Source of the DNA: Trichoplax adhaerens | Taxonomy: Eukaryota > Animalia > Placozoa | Direction: 5' to 3' | NCBI RefSeq assembly: GCF_000150275.1 | Contig: NW_002060943.1 | Coordinates: 8,316,066-8,380,065, forward strand | DNA length: 64,000 nucleotides | Part shown: piece by piece, positions 53,450-64,000 of the stretch | Layout of the letters: each line of letters opens with the position of its first letter | Position numbering within the stretch: the first letter of the stretch is position 1 | Translations under genes and position numbers: made by a program | Notes under the pieces: generated by a model | What the model was told of the DNA's origin: nothing | The model's input: the letters and a program-made list of their open reading frames with translations, nothing else | The model's database searches: none

Positions 53450-56400
53450 TGTCCTTCGATATGAATAACAATATATAGACCTATTATATCTTTCTTAATG
53501 ATTAGCATAATTTCAATTCAATTATAGAATAGTATAAAAACTTTTCTATTCATCGTTACTTAATGATCGCGGCTAATGTAGTCGGTATCCAAGGTAGATT
53601 ATAAATATAAAGGCTTATTATCTTTAATTACATTATTGACGTAAGAAAAACATACACAAAATGGTAATAATTTAAGAATATGAGTCCAAATATCCATTTT
53701 CATGTGAGATTCTTATGTAATTTTATCCATCTTTATTTATTATAAATTACTGGTATATATTCTGTAACAGATACACAAAAGTGGCATATGCGTTTCTTTA
53801 ATATTTCTAGTGGAGAAAAATATACTCATATACTACGTATAACAATAATTCAAGAAGATGTGAACGGATATCTATGTTTATGTGCGGCTCCAATGTAATA
53901 TTATCCATCTTTATGCCGTAAATTATAAAAAATTTATAAAGAAATTTGCATCTATCTTTCATTATTTTCTTGGACTACGGCAATAACGAGCAAAGATCAG
54001 AAATTGTTAACAGATATAATACATGAATTTTAGTAACTGATATAATTGATTGCCCGTTGAACTTGCCGTTTAATATTGAAATGACAAAGCAGCTTGCAAT
54101 TATTTCTCATCCATATTAAGCAAATACTATTGCTGTACGTCAAGATCAGTTTATTCTAATTTAGCTATTCTCGTATTATCAATAGTATGATAGCATAGAA
54201 AAATATCCAATATTACTATGTTCCATAATTATTCAGTAATTGGTGACGTTAAGATCAGTTATATCGTCTAAGATTATCAAGATATGTAAAATAGTTTGTA
54301 ACAATTTATTCTTTTAATTAAGCAATTGAAAGAGGTAATATTGATGAAACTGAACTTTGTCTTTTAAATTTTAAAAATTCTCTTCTATATAAATAGCAGC
54401 GGCGATTAAGATCAGTTCGTGGTTAGCACTAACATAGCGCTTAAATATATTAATTAATCATCAACTTTAGATTTTAGCCTCTTCCAAAATGTTATTGTAC
54501 GAATATGCGAGAATGATATCATTAATAACCATTATCTAAAAATATCTTTACTGCTATTTCTTTTTAAAGTGTGATTACTGTATAAATCGCTATAAATTGT
54601 CTTTTCAAGATTATCTTAGGTCGATTTATAGAAATTATGCAATATAGGTGGGATGATGCATACTCTTATGATATGTGTATTTATAATTCCAGAGTTAAAA
54701 TAGAAATAAGTTTCTAATAGCTGTAAATACTATAATATGTAAACTACTAGAATAAAAATTGCAATCTATCCATTTACATTCAACATTAGAGATCCTGATA
54801 TTAATTAACCTTATTAAAAATATAACAATTAGATTTACTTAAAGTAATTATTTTATTTATTGTTATGGAATAAAATTATGAAAGAAATTAAGTTGTCAGC
54901 TTAATTTGACATCAATCATCGATTACGGTACTGAATGCATTTTTTATACATACAGTTACGTTAAATGAATATCAGTTGCTATTCTGGGTTACTTAAGGAC
55001 AATTTAAGTTAAGCAACTGTATCTTGCCGGAAGTCTTATTTTAAATTACTGCATGCTTTTTGAAGATGCAGTTCCTCATATTAGATATTGGTATAGCAAT
55101 AGTCATAGATTAACGTTTTTGGAATAATAGATTGATTTTTTTCATGGGTTAACCACATACGCGTTTATACTTTCTTATAGTTACCAAATTGTACCTGTGT
55201 TGTCGAATATCATCATATTTCTGGCTCTTCTTCCCGGTATATGCATATGTTAGTGTAGTGATGCACCCTATATTTGCTTGTAGCGATAGCTATATTTGAT
55301 TGTGTTGTGTACTATATTTAGAATAGTTAAGTTTCTAAAAATAGATATTCTTGTGCTGCTAGATTTAGGTGACTGGTAACTACTATATTAGAAAGTGTTA
55401 TTCACTAATATAGCTGTTAACTAATTATGGTACAGGACGTTATACGACTTGAAATACTAAGATTGTAAAGATGCCCAATACCTTACGGTGTTGGACATTA
55501 ATGGTAAAGTAATAATATTGTAAGCAGTTTGATTAATACTGTAAAATGTAGTGATGATTCATGTCTGATTGTAGACGATGTTATTGCCTTAAATAGATTC
55601 AGAGAAAAGTATATAAGGTGTACAAATCTGAGCGTAAAGGAGGAGAAAAGATTTGATATCTAATTGAGCTCAGATTACTTTAGACTAGATTCTTGTGAGT
55701 AATTAATTATTGCTGTACTATTCTTTAGAACCTTGTAATAAAAAGCTTTTATAGTACTGGATTCCTCTGTGGACTAAAATTACTGTGGAAACGATATTAC
55801 AGTTAGTTAACTAACTTTACCCAAAATTAGATTAAATTGCCGGTATTTAAAAGAAATACCCGATCTATGTCCATTATTTACGTTTTACTAATACATATAG
55901 ACTTTCCCTACCTGACAATAATACTATAGGATTCGTATATCTGTTTTTAAAGCGGTTGTTAAAATATATAATTGCTAAATAATTTCATATATATGTTATT
56001 CCATCTTACCGCAGAAATGTTTTAGCCTATCATTTAGTAATTATGGGGATAGTGTTCGTACCATAATATTTTTGAAGTCTTTAATATTGTATTAAATCTA
56101 TCCAATCTATCTAAAGCAGCATTTATAATGGTTCTATGGATTTTAATGCGATCAATGACAGCTAGACGATACAATTTTCTCTTTGGTAGTAACCGGTAAA
56201 ATAATGACAATAGAATTTAACATCGGTTGCATTATTTCGTCATTATTATTATACTGTATTTTTAAACGGTTTCCAGACAATCGAGAGCTTAGACACCAAA
56301 TAGAAAGCCATTATTGATTCTTATTCACTCAATCATATTGTTATTGCTATTAAACTTATGATAGAGTAGCTTAATTATGGGTTTTCTATCATCAAGATTC

Positions 56401-58434
56401 CTAGGCTTCGTTCTGACCTTCATAGAATTAAGTAATTGTTACTACTTCATGAGAAAGTGAATGCAGTTTATTACTTACTGTGATAAAGTGATCTTCAAAC
56501 AATAAGTCAAGAACCACAGTTTCTTGTAAACTTCACTTTATTACTTAAGTTAGGTTCCTCTAACCTCTACCAAGGACCATCTGACTATCCATCAATCTAA
56601 TAATCTAAATTATTACAGCAAAATTCACGATTTATATACCATTAATTACAGAATACTTTTCAGCTACACAATCATATCTCGCCAATTAAGACACAAGATC
56701 AGATCTAAATTTACCATCGCGTGATCTATTCATAATTCGCAGATGCATGTCGAGTAATTCTCATGTTAATTTCAAAATATTAATATTGTTTCAAGATATA
56801 GCTCAATATATTTTCTCGACTACATTGTAGTAATTGCAAAAAGGCTTACGCTTCTTATAGATAAATGCTGAATTTTTCAAGACTATAAACCAAGAAATGC
56901 CGTTTAGCGATGGTTAAATAATGTAGTAAGTTTCTGAGGCTGCAGTTTTAATTAGGTTTGTCAGTATTCTAGTATAACTATATGGTATAGATGGCAGTGT
57001 AGAAGTAAGGAGGGCTTAAAGCAGTTGCTTTTATCCTTGGAGAGAGAGAGAAGTTATACTATAAGTGATAATTGAATGATTGATAAATAGAATGGTTGCT
57101 GATGGAATAAAAGTGTAAACTAGATTTAATATAGTAATATCAATTTCTCATGCCACCAAATAGCGTAATGCTAGGTTGATAAGGGGATATTTCTATAGAA
57201 ATTCTATCGTAGTGATCCTTTCTCAAATTTTTCGGCTAATAATCATTTAAAAGAATTAATTCTAGGCTATGCTGATTACCATCGAGCAGGCACTTTTCGC
57301 TTTTGTTCTATTATAGGACCTACTCTTAACTTAGCTTTTTTTATGCCCAATCCTTTACAATTTTCTACAGCCACTGCAATCGGTCAATCAATCCATCAAT
57401 AAGCAGCTAAATTGCCACTTTTAACTATCTCAATTAAAATACTTTTGCTATCCCTTTCGATTTTCGTATTGTTTATCAATTGATTCTTAGCTTATGATAG
57501 TGTGATATATACCAATCACGAGATTCCAAATTTTAGAAAAATAAGGGCTTTATTGAATCTTATACAAAGATTAACTACACAGCTCTACTCTAGCCGAATA
57601 CTACTTCTAAAGACTTCTAGAACGAACTAACAGAATAATCTAAAGTTGCATGCTTTTATACTTTTCGTAGCATTCGCAGCTACAATCCGCATGGCAACCT
57701 TTTACCTTATTTTACACATAGTTAAATTATCCTTAGTAAGACTATTCTACTGCGGACCATCATTAATCCAATATGGAAACGACTACAGTACTTACGTAGA
57801 CATTATTCACACCAGCCAAAGTACAATGAATTAACCATATCCTAATATATGATTTACAGTTCTATTTTTACCTATAGCCATATTAGTAACTCAACAGCTT
57901 ACTGTCTATAGTCATCTGTACTCTAGCATAGAGTCTCTACCACTACAGTCTATAGTTACAGCTACCAAATATCTCTTAGGATAAATATCTACCGTATATT
58001 ATACTACACTTGGCTAACAGTTTACAATCACAATACTAAGTTACATTACAGATAGATAAAATAGCTGTTGATATGCTCTATGGGATATCTTTTTAAATTT
58101 TAGCCATCAAGATTTAGGAATAAATAACATGCATAAATTCTGAAGCCAAGATAAGCTTTAAAGGTAATAAAAATGCTTAAAAATTGATGACAATTATCAT
58201 TTTTTGAGGTACATTATTTAAACTTAAATATGCGTTATTTAAATTATAAATTCAAATTTTTTATTCCAGTTCAATCATTTTCTTTGCCGGTATAAATTAG
58301 ATATCAATTAAAATTAAAGATAAATTCTAACCGCTTCCTTATTAGATGTATATTAGATCCTAATCAGAATATTAAAAGGAGGCATTTTATAACGATGAAT
58401 TTTTTTATAATAGCATACGTAACGTGGTATATCG

Positions 58435-59575
58435 CTAAAGCTCGTGATGACTGCAGATATTACAACTCCCTATTAGTTCCATATGGCAGTTTTTAATATA
58501 ATTATTCAGCTCTTTGCCTCGCAAGAGAATAATAATAGGATTGGCTACAGTACCGATATAACTAATATGAACGCCAATAGACAGAGCTTGAAAAGTGCTG
58601 GCCGAAAATGGCTTATCGAAGAATGCAATGATAATAAAAGCTAAGTAAGGTAGACAAGATATCGTGTAAACTAATGTCATTAGAGTTAGTGTTATTGCTA
58701 CTGCAATATCTTTGTTCCTTGCCGAGGAAATTCCAGTACTGTTTAAAGACTGTTCAGTAGGTTGAGATTGATTATTTGAAGAATTACCGGCAGCTTTTCG
58801 AACAGTGGCAACATTGATTCTTTTCTGATTCTGCCGTACATATAAATAAATTTTCATATGGCACCAAAAAGAAATATTAGATGGAATGGCTATTCCACAC
58901 AGCGCTATAACTATAAAATGTGATATACTGCTAGAGCCAAATAAATAATTATCAATGAAAGCACACATCCCCAAGTCTGCTATGAAGAAAAAGTCTCCCC
59001 AAATATCCATGACATGAGGTATAACTAATACTGCCGGAATAAGCCACACGACAGAAATATAAGCAATCTTATTTCGAAAATTACGAGACGGTTGTCTCTT
59101 AACTATGATAGAATAGCGTACATAAGCTAATAAAGTCAAAGAGTAAACATTAGCGAATCCAAAATAAAGTGGTAATCCACCACTCACACGGCAAACCAAA
59201 TTATTACTTTTAATTAACGGACATTTGCCTTGATATTTTCGTAACATGATGGGCACATACACTGTAAAACTATAAGATTCAGAATAACCAATTAGAATCA
59301 AGGCACGATAAAATAATTAATCAGTCAGTTTATAAAAGGGGCACATCACAATACCTAACAATGGCATAAAGCAAATCGGAGATTGCCAAGTTAAGAAGAA
59401 GTATTTCATGTATTTCTGCTCGTTTGTAATTTTTGACGATAGCAAAGCAAAGTAAAAGATTACCCACTAAGCCAGCAATAAAGAAAAAAATGTGAGATAC
59501 TGCGCATCCATAGGCAAAGGTAGCCGTATATTTAGCCAGGTAGGCGCCATTTTTGTACTGTTGACAGTTATTCAT
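58435..59575 (-). CDS. Class A GPCR, 351 aa; exons 59575-59355, 59269-58435
   Basis: GN, NLAISDLLY, C, VRY, SCLPY, NPIII; same phase-2 intron (85 nt). Confidence 0.92.
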
Positions 59576-59644
59576 GGGCAACTTTGCTATGATGATTCCG
59601 GATCAATTTACTCGGTAGTAAATTGATTTATCGATTAGAGGAGA

Positions 59645-61040
59645 AAAACGTATAATTTCAGCAAATAGCCAGTGCCCGCGTGATCTACATTATGGGTCAA
59701 TTAATTAATTAATGATGAGTTGTGCTATAACTGAAATTAAAGACATTAATAAATCACAGTGATGTTGTTTGTGATTTAATTGAAGCTAATTTACCGTTGT
59801 TAAGTATTTGATATAGATTACGTATACCTTTATACTTCTAGTGTAATTTCTTATGTTAATCGGACTATCTTAATAGGCACCATTTGGATGTTGAATCGTA
59901 TTTCGTCCATATCATTCTTGATATTATATTGATGATGGAATTAGGTGGATAATCATGAGATATAGACATGCAATAGAGAGAAAGTAAATTTAAAATAAAG
60001 TTTAACCTGATAAAAAAGGTCAACTTATAATATAATAACTTGCTTCCTTTCGTTTCCGCTTGCGTAACCTTTTACACACGCAATGAAATGATACTATATA
60101 GCATTCTAGTTATTCTGCAGGGGTAGACTGCATAATGAAAACTGTAATTACGTAAGAGAAATAAATTGTATCACAAGGGAGAATTCATTCTTACAGATTA
60201 TAATGTAATGCCATGTTAGTGATCATTGGTTGGATGCAAAAAATTCAATCTGACAGCCATTCTCTACATGTAAGTAAGACTGTCTAGTACATCCTTACAT
60301 CAATAACGACGCATAAAATAGAAAAGCAATTGTTCGTAATTTGTAAAAGGATATGATTGTTAATAATATGCTATCAAGGCCGAGATACCGCTAGTACTCT
60401 GATGATTGATCATCACAATTGGTCTGGTTTGAAACTATAGTATTGGATAATATGGCGTTGACATGTGATCAAATTGGTTTTAATAATTAACCATGATAGG
60501 TTTAATGCAAGTTCTTCTTGCCAAATGTGTTTTAATAGTATGATCTGAAATATGTTACTGATGTATTCACAATCCATTACTTCCGTCACACACACGCATG
60601 ATCGTAGTCTTGATGGCATTTAATGAATTAATTGATCATCAATGGATTGTCGATATTTCTATATTCTCATAACTTAAATACGCGTATGTTTCATCATCAA
60701 GCAGACTATGCATCACATAAGGAACCATACCTAAATTTTGATAATTAAGATTAACGCTAGTCATTGCATCAGCGCTTATTACCATGACGTGAACATAGCA
60801 ACTGTAAATTAATTAATATCAAGAACGATAAACGGTATAATTTCAGCAATAGCCAGAGCCTACATGATCTACGTTATTAGTGAATTCATTAATGAGCAGT
60901 TGTGCTATAACTGAATTTAAGACATTAATAATCACGGTGATGCTGATTGTAATTTAATTTAAGCTAATTTACTGTTGTAAGGTGTTTAATATAGGCTACG
61001 TATATATTTCTAGTGTGATCATTGTGTAAATTGGACTAAG
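59645..61040. repeat. Dispersed direct duplication of ~220 bp (59645-59870 vs 60831-61040) covering the sequence just upstream of the third GPCR
   Basis: Shared gtataatttcagca-atagccag, gttgtgctataactgaa-ttaa-gacattaata, aagctaatttac-gttgt and ttctagtgt blocks. Confidence 0.85.
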
Positions 61041-63117
61041 TATCTATGAGAGAAAAAGGTTTGGAATTGTGATTTTCGAAAGGAGATAGAGCATACTATC
61101 TGGGAGATTCTTCAAGTAATCCTGCATACGAGCATATCAATGAGTAAATATTAGATCCATTTGATATGATTTATTATTTTATGATATATCTAAGGGTGAG
61201 TACCTCTTCCATAATGATGCATGATAATGTATTGAATGATTCTTCATTTTATTAAGGGTATCGATAAGTAAAAGTATTATCTTTCATCCATTGCTACGAA
61301 GATGATTGTGATATATTTCTGTAATTAATTATCACTAAAATTCAGATAAATGATTATAATATGATAAAGTGCTTCACTATAAGTGCCATATCTTCCATAT
61401 TAATATCATGAGAAATTATGCTCTTTAGCTGCGTATCATAGTTTACAATTTGCAGTATGCAGTATGAAAATATAGGCGATAAACATTCATATGTGAAGTA
61501 TAGATATATCTATAAAAATAGGATTAATTAGAGACTGTTAACGCCGTTACTGCCTAATGATAGATTATCTAAATTACTAGTGCCGAAAAAGGTTACTTAC
61601 TCGTTAACGCTACCAACGATAAATATAGCTTTCGGTCAAATATTAACTATATTAGATAAATCAACATTAATCTTTAGATTCCTAATACTATAATAGCAAC
61701 ATATTACTACACGAATTTAACTGTCATTAACAAGATGGAACTAAGTGTCGTACGATAAATGATTCTTTATATAAAAACCTAAGAACTAAATATTAGCTGA
61801 AATATCAATGAAAGAAAATGAATAGAAAGATACTTTTTAAAATTGTCAATGTATCTTGAAAATCTTATATAGGCTTTTCTACTCCAAAAACACGATGTAT
61901 CCATAATCTTAACGATAGGGTAATGGTCACAGTTCCAATAACTGATGAGTTCTGATTACACGCAATTGGATAATGTATGTAAAAGCTGCTTAGAAGCCAT
62001 CGATGAAAAGGTGGGACAGAAATGAAGCTGTTATAAGTTTTACATAATCTATGATTCATCATATAAACATTCAGCTACACGGGCAAAATTACATGTTTCA
62101 GCACTGAGAGTATTAAGCGGTAAATTTAGATGTTGCTGCCGTATAATCATAAAGATTATGAATCATCACGAAAATACTTAGGTCTAGGTATGCATTCAGA
62201 ATTGGCAAATTTCGTTTTATTTACTTATATTTCAGTTTACATCCAGCTGGTCGGAATGCATAGAAACGCAGCAGTATTATGGTAGATTGGATCATATCGC
62301 AACGCAATACTTGCTCAATCAGAGAATGGAAAATTTCAAATCAGTTAACAGCCAAAAGTAGCCAAATGCTTTGATCTGTTTCAATCTCCATATTGAGATA
62401 AAATATTAATTGCACCTGAATCAACGGTTAATTTACTAGCACTGCACATAAATTTTTACTTATCGATACAATTACGTTTACTCATTCCCTGGTAGTTGAA
62501 TCCAGCTTTTTAAGTTATTACCGGTAATTGTTATATCATATTACAGAATTTTCGATGATCAAAGTTGTCTATGGAAGGATGCTAAAAGAGAAGGTATTGA
62601 ATATAGTAGTTGAAATTGCTCAAGATGAGAGTACTAATTATTGAAATAGATAATCGATATACAGCTCATCTTCTTCCTTATTATTCAGGCACACCTTATG
62701 TGTTTATTTGTTATATTAGCTTTTATCTTCGTTATTAAATGTTATTTACAATAGTTTAACGACTGGGCTAGTGGGATTATTGTTGATTTAAGGTATCTTT
62801 CTGACTGTTAAGGATACGCATCGAGTTTGAGCAACCATATGGCATCAAATTTATCATTTACATATAGAATTTATTTTAAAATTGCTGATTACCGTTGTAA
62901 ATGTTAATAAAAGTAAAAAGTATTGATACTTAATAAGAAGCTAGTTGAAGTTGAAATGGATAGTTCCTGGTCAGATGCATCGGTGTTTACTAATTTGCCT
63001 TAAACGATAGAATAGATAGTTTTAACCGAAAACAGCGTATTTCAGTCATATTATTGCTATCTGGAAAGAAGAGACTACTTATACATGGTAGTTTACAGTA
63101 TAACTGAGTCCTAATTT

Positions 63118-63642
63118 ATGGCTGAATCTAGCAGCAGTAGCCCTACTGAAGTGGAGCTTCAAGATACTAATGCTGTAGAAGAAGCAACTAACACAATAAG
63201 TACGTGACTAGAATAGTTAACTTTTTTCCAACATTAAAATGAATTCATTTCGATTTTTACCTATTAAAGCCATATCTGATGTGATAGTCCTCACTAATTA
63301 GATTATAATTCGATTAATTTGATAAGCTTATTTTAAAATAAGATTATAAAGTAATTTAAGGAAGCCCTGCTCAATTTTTGTATTATTAGCATATGACAAT
63401 GAAAATCAAGCAGCCAATGGTAGCGATGGCCCAATGGATGGGCAGCAGAGACATTCAAAGCCAGGTTGTTATGGTAGTTTCAACTACTGTCATAAATACT
63501 ATTCTTAAATTAGTAAAGTCTCATTAAGTGGTCATGATTGAAATTGTGCTGATATTGTAAAGAAACAATGTTATAATATCCTCTGATTTAGTTTATTTTC
63601 GTCCTCATAACAGATTCATTTCCAGTGTCCACGCTAGCATGA
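63118..63642 (+). CDS. Possible small multi-exon gene or gene start (63118-63199, 63390-63473, 63614-63642), acidic low-complexity peptide
   Basis: MAESSSSSPTEVELQDTNAVEEATNTI|TYDNENQAANGSDGPMDGQQRHSKPGCY|DSFPVSTLA*; GC-richer islands bounded by AG/GT in compatible phase; no family recognised. Confidence 0.4.
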
Positions 63643-64000
63643 TTTTCTATTATTTTTATTATCTCGCAAACACCTATCCTTTTCTTAATATTCGGCAATT
63701 ATCTTCTACAGTCAGGCTAAATAATGATCACTAATATATCTGACATGAGAAAAAATAGCCTTTCAATGCCTACACCAAGGTTGAATATGACGATAGTTAG
63801 GATATTACCAATTTTTTATATGAAATTGATAACTAAACAGAAATTAAAAATTTTTATGTCACTCCACTGGCTATGAAAAATTGCAACCCAATTTGATTAA
63901 TAAAATTAGAACAAATACTACATAGTATCTATTGGAGTGTGAAGTGTACTTGAATCAACAGGTATCATAAGATACTATGGATAATGTCGTTATAACTACT

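Noticed and set aside
36273-59575. Opsin assignment for the GPCRs
   Set aside because: No lysine at the K296-equivalent position in TM7

Overview
AT-rich eukaryotic (animal) genomic DNA with short GT-AG introns. Composition, intron size and a tandem array of divergent rhodopsin-class GPCRs suggest a compact non-bilaterian genome such as a placozoan (inference only). Hand-splicing gives the following genes. (1) A + strand gene encoding two Rab11-derived domains in tandem, both with destroyed GTP-binding motifs and no prenylation cysteines (706/1621-5301). (2) A PEAK1/Pragmin-family pseudokinase with PINK1-like traits (-, 12385-7310). (3) An ornithine decarboxylase antizyme that the ORF track misses entirely (-, ~15561-14138); it has no usable canonical UCC-UGA frameshift site but has a staircase of UGA-U stops in successive +1 frames. 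(4) Mitochondrial thioredoxin, head-to-head with the antizyme. (5) A small unknown ORF. (6) An SLC16/MCT transporter. (7) Three two-exon class A GPCRs with VRY instead of DRY. (8) A possible small gene at the right end. The 27-63 kb half is gene-poor and holds several degenerate satellites, an assembly gap with haplotype-like duplicated flanks, and a duplicated GPCR upstream block. All exon models were assembled by eye from splice signals and frame continuity; none is confirmed by transcript data.
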